Shown in pieces: positions 51,142 to 59,352 of a DNA stretch of 64,000 nucleotides. The notes under the pieces are model-generated. The model worked only from the letters and a program-made list of their open reading frames with translations, was not told where the DNA came from and ran no database searches. The stretch comes from a virus. The stretch is taken from IMG/VR virus record IMGVR_UViG_3300047481_001036. The stretch is one strand, 5' to 3'. Position 1 is the first letter of the stretch, and every line of letters starts with the position of its first letter. Made by a program: the position numbers and the translations under genes.

Positions 51142-52090
51142 ATGAAAGTTTTAATTTCAGGAGCGAGTGGATTCTTAGGTAGTAGAGTAGTTGACCAATT
51201 AAAAAAAGATAATCATAAGATCAAAACCTTTAGGTCAGTAGAGACTGATTTGATTAAATATGACCAAACTATAGCTTTGGTAGCTTCTTATAAACCTGAT
51301 GTTGTGATACATTGTGCTGCAAAGGTGGGAGGAATAGGGGCGAATATGGCCAATCCTGCCGACTTTATATATAGTAATTTGACGATGGGATGTAATCTTA
51401 TTCAGGCTAGCAGTGTTGTGGGGGGTGGATAAATTTGTAATGGTGGGTACGGTATGTTCTTATCCTAAATTTTGTAGTGTGCCTTTTAATGAAGAAGATT
51501 TATGGAATGGTTTTCCAGAAGAAACTAATGCTCCTTATGGAATAGCTAAAAAAACATTGGGGGTTATGTTAAAAGCATATTATAATCAGTATAATTTAAA
51601 AAGTATAATACTAATGCCTTGTAATTTATACGGGCCTGGCGATAATTTTGATGATAAGTCTAGTCATGTTATTCCAGCGTTAATTAAAAAGTTTGTTCAT
51701 GCTAAGCAAAACAATTTAAAGTCTGTGCATTGTTGGGGCGATGGTAGTGCTACTAGAGAGTTCTTGTATGTAAATGATGCTGCACGAGCTATAGCTATGT
51801 CTATAAACAACTGTGGTGATGCAGAGATCGTTAACCTGGGGTCTTCTGGGGAAATTAGCATACGGGAATTAGCCGAAATGATTAAGTCTATAGTTGGATT
51901 TGGTGGTGAAATAATTTGGGATAAATCTATGCCTAATGGTCAGCCTAGGAGATTGTTGGATACTACCAAAGCCAAAAAAATATTGGGATGGGAACCTAAA
52001 GTAGAGTTTACGACGGGACTGACCGATACTATAAACTGGTGGATCAATCAACAATCAAAGGAAGAAAAATATGAAAACAATAATGAATAG
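51142..52090 (+). pseudogene. fcl: GDP-L-fucose synthase split by a 1-nt frameshift in a G6 run (51420-51425)
   Basis: MKVLISGASGFLG...AAKVGGIGAN in one frame; GTVCSYPK...PEETNAPYGIAKK...NLYGPGDNF...SHVIPALI...WGDGSATREFLYV in the next frame. Confidence 0.85.
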
Positions 52091-52400
52091 TATAATAGTA
52101 ATACTTTGTTTATCTTTTATGATGCAAGAAAGCTATGGTCAGGGATGGGTGGCATCCTATGAAAGATACAATTTTGTTCCTGCTGTTGCGGTGCCTGTGG
52201 CTCCTACAGTATATGGGGAAAATAGGCCAATGTTAGTATATTATGTTCAACCTATTCAGTATAATACTACATATTATAATTATTATTATGTTTACCCATA
52301 TGGTCCTATGGTATCTCCGTACTCTAGTCCTTATTTATATGCTCCTGGTGTTCCTGTTTATATTCAGGCACAACCAAGGTGCAGACTTTTTAAATACTAA
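52071..52400 (+). CDS. Secreted Tyr/Pro/Val-rich protein
   Basis: Signal-peptide-like N-terminus, low-complexity YP-rich body. Confidence 0.6.
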   Translation: MKTIMNSIIVILCLSFMMQESYGQGWVASYERYNFVPAVAVPVAPTVYGENRPMLVYYVQPIQYNTTYYNYYYVYPYGPMVSPYSSPYLYAPGVPVYIQAQPRCRLFKY

Positions 52401-52484
52401 TCCTAAAACAGGGTGTTGACTTTGTAAATTTGTCTGCTAAATTCGAGTCCTAGGTAGATAAATTCTCACCCGAAAGGACTCGAT

Positions 52485-53750
52485 ATGAAAAAGCATGGAT
52501 TGTGTGTAGAATCGTTAGAGACTAGATCTTTATTAACTCCTATTGTGGCTATTATTGACAGTGGCATAGATCTTAATCATCAAGCACTACAGCAATATAT
52601 TTGGAATAATCCTAATGAATTAGCAAATAATAATATTGATGATGATAATAATGGTTATATAGATGATATTCATGGATGGAATTTTGCCAATAATACTAAT
52701 ATTGTGCAGGATGGGTACGGTCATGGTACTCATGTGGCCGGAATAGTGGCAAGTTATGGTCCAGTCTCTTTGATGGCTTTAAAATTTCAAGATGATAGTG
52801 GATTAGGATTTACAGGGGCTGCTATCTCTGCTATAAATTATGTTATAATGATGAAAAAAACATTTGGATTAGATATAGTAGCTATCAATGCTAGTTGGGG
52901 AGGAACTACGGGAACTTCATTTATGTTAGAAAGAGCTATTCAACTAGCTAATGATGCTAATATAGTATTTGTATCCGCTGCTGGCAATAATGCTTCTGAT
53001 AATGATCTAACTCCAAGATATCCTAGCGGTTATGATGTGCCTAATATTATAGCAGTTGCTGCTGTAGGATATGACAATCAGACTTTGGCGGGATTTTCTA
53101 ATTATGGGAAAAATAGTGTAGATTTGGGGGCTAAAGGAACTGCTATATATTCTACATTACCAGGTAACCAGTATGGATACTTGAGTGGTACGAGTATGGC
53201 AGCTCCTCAAGTTGCTGGTGCGGTAGCGGCCATATGTAATAAGTATGGAAATTTGAGTGTAGCAGAAATAAAAGAAAGAATCTTTTCTACTGTTACGAAA
53301 AGTATATACCTAACTGATAAAGTGTATACTGGTGGATCGCTTAATATTACAGGAGCTTTATCTTCAAATGTTACTGTTGTAGTAAATCCTCCAACTCTTC
53401 CTAGTCCTCCTGCTCCTCCGATTGTGGTGAAGAGCTGGGATGAAAGGATTGTGGGGCGAACGGATATATTCAATATTAATAGAGTTAGAGGATGGGCGGT
53501 TGATACTGATCATGTTAATGACAGAGTAAGAGTTAAAGTAGTTATAAATAATCGTAGCGTTGTGGTTGTCGATGCTAATCAGTATCGTAGTAACCTAGTT
53601 AACTACGGAGATAGGCGTCATGGGTTCGATATTCGATTAAGTCGTAAAATGTTTAATCGAGGATGGAATGAAGTAAAGATATTTGCGGAAAATAAAGATA
53701 CTGGTGAACTAAAAATGATAGCTACCAAAAGAATCAGAAGAATAATATAA
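52485..53750 (+). CDS. S8 subtilisin-like serine protease with planctomycete-type ExLExRxLL N-terminal motif
   Basis: IIDSG, HGTHVAG and GTSMAAPQV catalytic triad; LCVESLETRSLL; Pro linker and C-terminal beta domain. Confidence 0.92.
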   Translation: MKKHGLCVESLETRSLLTPIVAIIDSGIDLNHQALQQYIWNNPNELANNNIDDDNNGYIDDIHGWNFANNTNIVQDGYGHGTHVAGIVASYGPVSLMALKFQDDSGLGFTGAAISAINYVIMMKKTFGLDIVAINASWGGTTGTSFMLERAIQLANDANIVFVSAAGNNASDNDLTPRYPSGYDVPNIIAVAAVGYDNQTLAGFSNYGKNSVDLGAKGTAIYSTLPGNQYGYLSGTSMAAPQVAGAVAAICNKYGNLSVAEIKERIFSTVTKSIYLTDKVYTGGSLNITGALSSNVTVVVNPPTLPSPPAPPIVVKSWDERIVGRTDIFNINRVRGWAVDTDHVNDRVRVKVVINNRSVVVVDANQYRSNLVNYGDRRHGFDIRLSRKMFNRGWNEVKIFAENKDTGELKMIATKRIRRII

Positions 53751-53856
53751 TGGCTAATAAACTGGCCAATTTATATAGGGGTCGCTTACTATGTTTATAC
53801 CACCGGGAGGTTTTTCGACATTTCAGCCCAGTATCACGTAAAATGAAAAAACCCCC

Positions 53857-53933
53857 TAAGATGTTGTGGCATAAGTACTTAGGTGCTATTGTATCGCGAA
53901 ACTTGACGTAAGTACTTGTGAGATAATGACTTA
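53857..53933. repeat. Double-palindrome element R1
   Basis: TAAG ATG TT GTGGCAT AA GTA CTTA -27 bp- TAAG TAC TT GTGAGAT AA TGA CTTA. Confidence 0.9.
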
Positions 53934-53940
53934 GAATAAA

Positions 53941-53955
53941 TGGCACGATATTTGC
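53941..53955 (+). promoter_or_regulatory. Sigma54 (-24/-12) consensus match
   Basis: TGGCACG-ATAT-TTGC. Confidence 0.5.
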
Positions 53956-53992
53956 TGTCAGAAAAAATTCTCAAAAAAATTTTTCTAAGGTA

Positions 53993-54021
53993 TTGACACG
54001 GGTTTGGCCGATATGTATAAT
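53993..54021 (+). promoter_or_regulatory. Consensus sigma70 early promoter with CCGATA box
   Basis: TTGACA-17-TATAAT. Confidence 0.9.
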
Positions 54022-54040
54022 ATGCTCAACACAAGAGGAG

Positions 54041-54274
54041 ATGACGAAAATGATTGCGCTGAACACTGTGGCTGAGTTGACCGGGTTTCTGAACAACAAC
54101 TCTACTCTTTCGACCCTTGTGGGCGAAGTGGTTTTCTCTGGTGATCTGCTCGACCATGTTCGGGCTAACGGTAACGTGATCAACATCGACGAGGAGATCG
54201 GTTTCTGTGATGATGGTGGAGAAATCGTTATCGACGATAACGGGAATGTTGTTAGCGATATGTATATTCCGTAA
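54041..54274 (+). CDS. Acidic hypothetical early protein
   Basis: GAGGAG RBS downstream of promoter; track start 53993 is the -35 box. Confidence 0.75.
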   Translation: MTKMIALNTVAELTGFLNNNSTLSTLVGEVVFSGDLLDHVRANGNVINIDEEIGFCDDGGEIVIDDNGNVVSDMYIP

Positions 54275-54330
54275 GGTATTGACAACCTAAAAATTAGTTG
54301 CTAAAATAGGCTCAACACGAAAGGACGAAT

Positions 54331-54480
54331 ATGGACAGCGTAATTACCGTAATTTTTTCTTCTGATTGTTGTGGGGCTCATATGACTTTTGCACAGGCAG
54401 ATTATGAGATTTGCCCATCTTGCCTAGATCATTGCGAAGTAATTGGTGAAGAGGTTATCGAAGATCGAGGAGAATATTGA
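54331..54480 (+). CDS. Small Zn-ribbon-like protein (49 aa)
   Basis: SDCCGA...ICPSCLDHC; own promoter TTGACA-17-TAAAAT (54279-54307); AAGGA RBS. Confidence 0.75.
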   Translation: MDSVITVIFSSDCCGAHMTFAQADYEICPSCLDHCEVIGEEVIEDRGEY

Positions 54481-54483
54481 TCG

Positions 54484-54561
54484 TAAACCCTTGCTACTAA
54501 AGCACTTAGAGAAAGGTATTGCGGCAAAACTTGACGTAAGTACTTAGCCCGTAATGACTTA
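54484..54561. repeat. Double-palindrome element R2
   Basis: TAAA CCC TT GCTACTA AA GCA CTTA -28- TAAG TAC TT AGCCCGT AA TGA CTTA; 3 bp after a stop. Confidence 0.9.
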
Positions 54562-54625
54562 GGTATACTAAAAATTTTTTATAGATTTGGCATGAAATTA
54601 TTTTTATTTTTCTAAAAGTTTTCTC

Positions 54626-54654
54626 TTGCATTTGGTCGATAATATTGGTAGAAT
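54626..54654 (+). promoter_or_regulatory. Sigma70 promoter with TCGATAAT box
   Basis: TTGCAT-17-TAGAAT. Confidence 0.75.
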
Positions 54655-54682
54655 CAAGTATCAAAGAAAGAGAGTGATAGAG

Positions 54683-54907
54683 ATGGAAAAGAGTATGAGT
54701 GTGAATGGTTTCCTTGCTACGCTTCCTAAGATTGTGCAAAAGAAAGTGTGGAAGGTTACGGATTCCACTGGTACGGTTGTACAGTATGTAGGCTCTACCG
54801 ATAATCGGAAAAGTACTGCTCAGGTGTACATCAACAGCAAGTATCCCGGTCAAAACTTGACCCTTACGTTTTCTCACTTCAACGGAATGATTGCTATCCC
54901 CCGATAA
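54683..54907 (+). CDS. Hypothetical early protein
   Basis: Start MEKSMS after purine-rich leader. Confidence 0.7.
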   Translation: MEKSMSVNGFLATLPKIVQKKVWKVTDSTGTVVQYVGSTDNRKSTAQVYINSKYPGQNLTLTFSHFNGMIAIPR

Positions 54908-54967
54908 GAGGGGTTGACGGGCGGGAAAAGTTTGGTATAATACTGGAAAGAGAAAGAGAGAAAGATT

Positions 54968-55180
54968 ATGAGCAAGAATGAAGTGATGATGATTGTGGAA
55001 AAGATTTTCGGTGATGATGCTAACCGTGTTCGCGTCAACATGAGCGGTGATTGCTACCGTATCGAATGGGAAGATGGTTGCCATTCGGTTAGGGTTAACG
55101 AAAAGAATGCGTTTGACAAGATTAACGATCTCTACTATGATGTTGCTTGTGAGAATGCTTCCGAGTTTGGTTGGTCTTGA
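54968..55180 (+). CDS. Hypothetical early protein
   Basis: Own promoter TTGACG-16-TATAAT (54914-54941). Confidence 0.75.
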   Translation: MSKNEVMMIVEKIFGDDANRVRVNMSGDCYRIEWEDGCHSVRVNEKNAFDKINDLYYDVACENASEFGWS

Positions 55181-55195
55181 ATAAAGGGTAAGAAA

Positions 55196-55306
55196 ATGAT
55201 TTTCAGTGATTATGTTCTCTTGACCGGTTTGCTTGCTGCCTGTGCATTTGTTTCGTATCTTGTGCATGAAATCGGCAACGCTATCAATTCTTATCTGAAC
55301 AGCTAA
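55196..55306 (+). CDS. 36-aa membrane peptide (paralog of 58923-59033)
   Basis: MIFSDYVLLTGLLAACAFVSYLVHEIGNAINSYLNS. Confidence 0.75.
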   Translation: MIFSDYVLLTGLLAACAFVSYLVHEIGNAINSYLNS

Positions 55307-55317
55307 AGGCTATAATC

Positions 55318-55488
55318 ATGGTTTTCTATATGTATCGTGCTGTTGACGCTAAACGCTTAGGTACAGTATATGCTATTGATTGGGTGGAAGCCCGCACACT
55401 AGCTACCCAAAAGTGGGGGTATAAGTTTGGCGAAGTGTTCGCATGTACAGCCCCATTGCCAGAGGAAGGCGGATTAGTGGTTTGGTGA
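55318..55488 (+). CDS. 56-aa protein of the GxV...EA...A...[YW]G family
   Basis: MVFYMYRAVDAKRLGTVYAIDWVEARTLATQKWGY... Confidence 0.7.
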   Translation: MVFYMYRAVDAKRLGTVYAIDWVEARTLATQKWGYKFGEVFACTAPLPEEGGLVVW

Positions 55489-55491
55489 ACG

Positions 55492-55568
55492 TAAACCCTT
55501 ACTGCATAAGGACTTAGGGCAAATCGCGGGGCCGAATTCGACGTAAGTGGTTGGCATATATAGACTTA
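55492..55568. repeat. Double-palindrome element R3
   Basis: TAAA CCC TT ACTGCAT AA GGA CTTA -27- TAAG TGG TT GGCATAT AT AGA CTTA. Confidence 0.9.
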
Positions 55569-55633
55569 CGACAACTCTATTTTTCTTCTCATTTGGCACA
55601 CGATTATTTTTCGGTTTTTTTCAAGAAAGCCTA

Positions 55634-55661
55634 TTGACTTGGCCGATAATCTCTGTATAAT
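55634..55661 (+). promoter_or_regulatory. Sigma70 promoter with CCGATAAT box
   Basis: TTGACT-16-TATAAT. Confidence 0.8.
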
Positions 55662-55694
55662 AATGGCATAAGAAAGAAAGCAAAGGATAAGAAA

Positions 55695-55844
55695 ATGAAG
55701 AATTGGATTTGCTATAACCTTTTTGGTGAAAAGGCTGATGATGTTGGCACTTTCGGAATGATTAGCGGATGTGCAATTATAGCCTTTCTTCTTTCGTCTG
55801 TTTTCTACTTTTTTGTTTATATTCCTCTTGTTTATTTTGGGTGA
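55695..55844 (+). CDS. 49-aa membrane protein
   Basis: MKNWICYNLFGEKADDVGTFGMISGCAIIAFLLSSVFYFFVYIPLVYFG. Confidence 0.65.
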   Translation: MKNWICYNLFGEKADDVGTFGMISGCAIIAFLLSSVFYFFVYIPLVYFG

Positions 55845-55847
55845 AAT

Positions 55848-56036
55848 ATGAATAGCCTTGATAAGATTCTTTCTGCTATGCGTACCGGTAAGTATGGTAG
55901 CGTTATTGACCCAAAGGGTAATGTGCATGTTGGCCTAATCAACTGCATCATGCGTGAGGATGGTAGTGGGAAGAACTGGATCGTTACGGTGACCAACCGT
56001 ACAGTAAGCGAACGGGTGTTCATTCACGCCAAATAA
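55848..56036 (+). CDS. Hypothetical early protein
   Basis: 62 aa, IMREDGSGKNWIV motif. Confidence 0.75.
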   Translation: MNSLDKILSAMRTGKYGSVIDPKGNVHVGLINCIMREDGSGKNWIVTVTNRTVSERVFIHAK

Positions 56037-56043
56037 TCGAACA

Positions 56044-56121
56044 TAAGTCCTTGCTGCTAAAGGACTTAGAGCAAGGCGGTGCGGCCAGTTTTGACGTAAG
56101 TACTTATGCAGTAAGAGTTTA
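56044..56121. repeat. Double-palindrome element R4
   Basis: TAAG TCC TT GCTGCTA AA GGA CTTA -28- TAAG TAC TT ATGCAGT AA GAG TTTA. Confidence 0.9.
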
Positions 56122-56191
56122 CGCTCTGTATTTTTTCTAAACTAATGATTGGGGATTGGCCGATAATCTATATATAGAAAGAGAGGCCAAA

Positions 56192-56368
56192 ATGTACGAT
56201 GTGGTTTTTTTGATTACCTTCATGGGATTCGGTATAGGATTTGAGGGGTGCGATGAGGGAAAGATGTATTTTGGGACGTATACGCCAAATAGGGAATATG
56301 GTTGGGTTGTAACGGATAAGGAAGTTTATTTGGATACGATTCTAGAAAAAACAAATGTTCAGTATTGA
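56192..56368 (+). CDS. Hypothetical early protein
   Basis: GAGG RBS, start MYDVVF. Confidence 0.65.
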   Translation: MYDVVFLITFMGFGIGFEGCDEGKMYFGTYTPNREYGWVVTDKEVYLDTILEKTNVQY

Positions 56369-56421
56369 CGCTTAAAGATTTTTCTGTATAATGCCGATAT
56401 AAGAAAGTAAGGAGAAAGAAA

Positions 56422-56571
56422 ATGCAGTTTGCTCTTGGCGATAAGGTGAAGGTTGATGGGAAGTTTGGCCGAATCATTCTCTGGCATTTTGATGAAGGGA
56501 ATGTTTGGCATGTTGAGATTGACGGGGAAGAGTATGAGTGCTATGATGAGGACATGGAATTGATCTCCTGA
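56422..56571 (+). CDS. 49-aa SH3/KOW-like protein
   Basis: MQFALGDKVKVDGKFGRII...YDEDMELIS; AAGGAG RBS; promoter at 56365-56392. Confidence 0.7.
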   Translation: MQFALGDKVKVDGKFGRIILWHFDEGNVWHVEIDGEEYECYDEDMELIS

Positions 56572-56588
56572 AAATAAGGAAAATAAAA

Positions 56589-56741
56589 ATGGAAAAGATG
56601 ATCGACGAAAACGGAGAAGAGTGGATGATGGGCTTTTTTGAAGATGAGGGTTGGGATCCGATTATGGGAGATGCGGAAGACTGGGTGGAAACGGATGATG
56701 AGTGGCTGGACGATTTCCAGGGTGAAGAAGACTTTGCCTAA
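56589..56741 (+). CDS. 50-aa highly acidic Trp-rich peptide
   Basis: MEKMIDENGEEWMMGFFEDEGWDPIMGDAEDWVETDDEWLDDFQGEEDFA; its stop is the TAA of R5. Confidence 0.7.
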   Translation: MEKMIDENGEEWMMGFFEDEGWDPIMGDAEDWVETDDEWLDDFQGEEDFA

Positions 56742-56816
56742 AGCGTTGCGGAGTAAAGACTTACGTCGCGGCGGGCCGCGAAAATTTGACGTAAGTACTT
56801 GTGGAGACTAGGTTTA
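56739..56816. repeat. Double-palindrome element R5
   Basis: TAAA GCG TT GCGGAGT AA AGA CTTA -28- TAAG TAC TT GTGGAGA CT AGG TTTA. Confidence 0.9.
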
Positions 56817-56875
56817 CGACACATTTCTCATCATACTAGATGTCCTATCAGAAGCCTCAAAAAAAAGACTCTCTC

Positions 56876-56900
56876 TAAACCTATATCTCATAAGGACTTA
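56876..56900. repeat. Solo third palindrome arm after R5
   Basis: TAAA CCT AT ATCTCAT AA GGA CTTA. Confidence 0.7.
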
Positions 56901-56988
56901 AGAACAATCTGGAATTTTTCTAAAGATTGCATTTGACTTTTGACGATAATTTATCGTATAATCTAGCATAAGAAAGAGAGAGTGAAAG

Positions 56989-57183
56989 ATGGAAAAGTTG
57001 ACTGTGACCGAAGAAATTGTCGTGTCTGCCCTGTTGAAAACCAGTGAGGACAACATGAGTTCCCTGATCGAAAGCGGTGTGAGTGAATCTCTTACCAAAA
57101 TGCTGATCGAGGATTTGCAGGCTCTTCGCGTAATCCGTCGCAAACTGGGTTTGGATTGCTATACCCCTCACGATAGGGGTTGA
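56989..57183 (+). CDS. Hypothetical early protein
   Basis: Promoter TTGACT-18-TATAAT (56933-56962). Confidence 0.7.
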   Translation: MEKLTVTEEIVVSALLKTSEDNMSSLIESGVSESLTKMLIEDLQALRVIRRKLGLDCYTPHDRG

Positions 57184-57233
57184 CACCAATAGAAAGTTTT
57201 TGCTAGAATACGACCAACACGAAAGGAACAGTT

Positions 57234-57575
57234 ATGAAGCAGAAGTTTGAGATCATCGAAAATGCTAAGCGTCAAGCCCGTATGTGCTTTCTGGGGATTG
57301 CCATTCCTCACCAACCCTCTCTTGCCGAAGGGGTTTACGGCCCTATTCGCTCGGAAAAGGTTCTGAAGTTCAATCGAAAGGCACTTCGCAATTTGGGCAA
57401 AGTACAGAAAGAAAAGACGAATCCCCGTCTTATTGGGGGTGAGGATACCATGATCGTGAAGGCTGGAAAGCCGGGTTCATGGGAAAGGGTTGAAGCACTG
57501 GCTCACCAATATGGTGCGATTTTGGCGTGTGGTGAGGAAGTTTCTCCATTCGCATTCAAAGCAAGTGATGAATGA
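57234..57575 (+). CDS. Hypothetical early protein
   Basis: Promoter at 57180-57209; AAGGA RBS; KPGSxERV motif. Confidence 0.75.
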   Translation: MKQKFEIIENAKRQARMCFLGIAIPHQPSLAEGVYGPIRSEKVLKFNRKALRNLGKVQKEKTNPRLIGGEDTMIVKAGKPGSWERVEALAHQYGAILACGEEVSPFAFKASDE

Positions 57576-57603
57576 TTGTTCACTACTGAACAAAAGCTTG
57601 ACG

Positions 57604-57680
57604 TAAATCCTTACTATCACAGGACTTGCGTCAAGTTGCTGGGCCCGACTAGCTCTAAGTACTTATCCTACAACAACTTA
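57604..57680. repeat. Double-palindrome element R6
   Basis: TAAA TCC TT ACTATCA CA GGA CTTG -27- TAAG TAC TT ATCCTAC AA CAA CTTA. Confidence 0.85.
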
Positions 57681-57691
57681 GATACATAATT

Positions 57692-57706
57692 GCAAATCAT
57701 ATGCCA
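57692..57706 (-). promoter_or_regulatory. Sigma54 (-24/-12) consensus match, reverse orientation
   Basis: Minus strand TGGCATA-TGAT-TTGC. Confidence 0.4.
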
Positions 57707-57832
57707 AACTATAAAATTTCTAAGATTTTTCTGTCAAAATTTCTTGACAATATTTTTTCGATTTTTCTCTTGAAAATTCAAGATTGAGACGATATAATGT
57801 CGATATAAGAAGTAAGAAAGAAAGAGGAAACG

Positions 57833-58039
57833 ATGAATAGCAAGACGATTGCAAAAGAGTTGCAGAAACTGGGTTACACGCTCAAGCGGACTTCTGACGT
57901 TGAAGCCCGATGGATGGTTCGCTCGGATGTGCTGACCTACCATTGGGACTTCAAGGACTTGAAGGGGGTTGAGCGATTTATGGTAGATGAGCGGGCTATG
58001 TATCGTTATGCCAAAGCCAACGGAGCAACCCTACGATAA
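57833..58039 (+). CDS. Hypothetical early protein
   Basis: GAGG RBS; promoter TTGAAA-17-TATAAT (57770-57798). Confidence 0.75.
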   Translation: MNSKTIAKELQKLGYTLKRTSDVEARWMVRSDVLTYHWDFKDLKGVERFMVDERAMYRYAKANGATLR

Positions 58040-58095
58040 AGGGGTTGACACAAAAACACTTTTTGATAAGATACAACAATAAGAAAGGGATAAAT

Positions 58096-58407
58096 ATGAC
58101 ACATGCTGAAGCAGTTTCTATGGTTCGTGGCAAGCGTAACGCAACTCGTCGCAAGGTTGGCAACAACACCTATGCGGAAATCCTGCATGACGGGAGCGTG
58201 GGTATCATGCTGCATAGTACCTATGTGGTAAAGATTCATGAGGATAATACCTACACTCTAAATAGTGGAGGCTGGCAAACTCTGACCACAAAGGATAGAA
58301 TCAACCAGTATAGCCCGCGTTATGTCTATCAAAAGAATTTCGAATGGTTTGTAAAGATCAACGACAAATCCTATCCATTTATGGATGGTATGGTGGTGGG
58401 AAACTGA
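58096..58407 (+). CDS. Conserved-looking phage hypothetical protein
   Basis: Start MTHAEA; LNSGGWxTxTTKDRIN...VYQKNFEWFV motif; promoter at 58045-58072. Confidence 0.75.
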   Translation: MTHAEAVSMVRGKRNATRRKVGNNTYAEILHDGSVGIMLHSTYVVKIHEDNTYTLNSGGWQTLTTKDRINQYSPRYVYQKNFEWFVKINDKSYPFMDGMVVGN

Positions 58408-58410
58408 TCG

Positions 58411-58488
58411 TAAAGCCTTATCCCTAAACGACTTAGGGTGAGGCCGCGCCCCCCGCAGCGTCGTAAGTGCTTATGCAGCAACACTTTA
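58411..58488. repeat. Double-palindrome element R7
   Basis: TAAA GCC TT ATCCCTA AA CGA CTTA -28- TAAG TGC TT ATGCAGC AA CAC TTTA. Confidence 0.9.
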
Positions 58489-58582
58489 TGACGAGAAAAA
58501 TATTTTTGGATTTTTTTTAAGAATACCCTATTGACAGGACGATAATCTATGGTAGATTAGCAGTATCCAAGGAGAAAAGAGA

Positions 58583-58870
58583 ATGAATGCCACGAAGCGA
58601 AATATGGTTGAGCGGATCGCGGAGAAGGTGGGGGTGACGGGTTTGCAGGCCAGAGAAATCGTGCAGGCCACGTTGGATGATCTGGTCGCAACGCTCGCGG
58701 CGGAAGGTCGCATCGAATTGCGTAACTTTGGCGTGTTTACGGTCAAGGTGTCCGCTCCGCGTAAGGCTCGCAACCCACGAACGGGTGAGACTGTGATGAT
58801 CGGTGAGCGTAAGGTAGTAAAGTTCAAGGCCGGAAAGGCTATGGAGAATACCGTAAACCGACAAGGCTGA
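58583..58870 (+). CDS. HU/IHF family DNA-bending protein
   Basis: GRIELRNFGVFTVK...RKARNPRTGE...VKFKAGK; promoter TTGACA-16-TAGATT (58531-58558). Confidence 0.95.
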   Translation: MNATKRNMVERIAEKVGVTGLQAREIVQATLDDLVATLAAEGRIELRNFGVFTVKVSAPRKARNPRTGETVMIGERKVVKFKAGKAMENTVNRQG

Positions 58871-58922
58871 GACTTGACAAGTTAGATTTTTAGGATACAA
58901 TGCACCTTGAGAGGAGTTTGCA

Positions 58923-59033
58923 ATGAACGCTATGGATTATATTTTTCTTTTTGGTTTGCTTGCTCCGTGTGCTTTTATCAGCTATACTGTGCATGAAATT
59001 GGAAATGCTATAGCGTCCTATCTGAACGATTAA
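58923..59033 (+). CDS. 36-aa membrane peptide (paralog of 55196-55306)
   Basis: MNAMDYIFLFGLLAPCAFISYTVHEIGNAIASYLND; GAGGAG RBS. Confidence 0.75.
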   Translation: MNAMDYIFLFGLLAPCAFISYTVHEIGNAIASYLND

Positions 59034-59047
59034 AAAAGGTTAAAAAT

Positions 59048-59146
59048 ATGATAGGGGTTATACTAGTGCTATTAGGTTTGCTTGTATTGGCTACGGTTGG
59101 CGGAGTTGTTTTGGCTATCATGGATATTTCAGCCGAAAATTATTAA
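59048..59146 (+). CDS. 32-aa single-TM peptide
   Basis: MIGVILVLLGLLVLATVGGVVLAIMDISAENY; AAGGT RBS. Confidence 0.6.
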   Translation: MIGVILVLLGLLVLATVGGVVLAIMDISAENY

Positions 59147-59161
59147 TATAAAGGATCACGG

Positions 59162-59257
59162 ATGGTCGATATACAAATAGATTGGATGTGGATGGGTGTG
59201 GGATTTGTTGTTGGCATTGGTAGTGCTTGGCTTGTTTCTGACTTGGTTTTCCACTAA
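59162..59257 (+). CDS. 31-aa single-TM peptide
   Basis: MVDIQIDWMWMGVGFVVGIGSAWLVSDLVFH; AAGGA RBS. Confidence 0.6.
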   Translation: MVDIQIDWMWMGVGFVVGIGSAWLVSDLVFH

Positions 59258-59272
59258 AAAATAGAAATAAAA

Positions 59273-59344
59273 ATGAGTAAAGAAATTCTTTGGGCTGTTT
59301 CTTTTATTCTCGGTTCTGTAGTAGCTTTATTCGCTAATATCTAA
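59273..59344 (+). CDS. 23-aa single-TM peptide
   Basis: MSKEILWAVSFILGSVVALFANI; ends 8 bp before R8. Confidence 0.5.
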   Translation: MSKEILWAVSFILGSVVALFANI

Positions 59345-59352
59345 ACTAGCTC

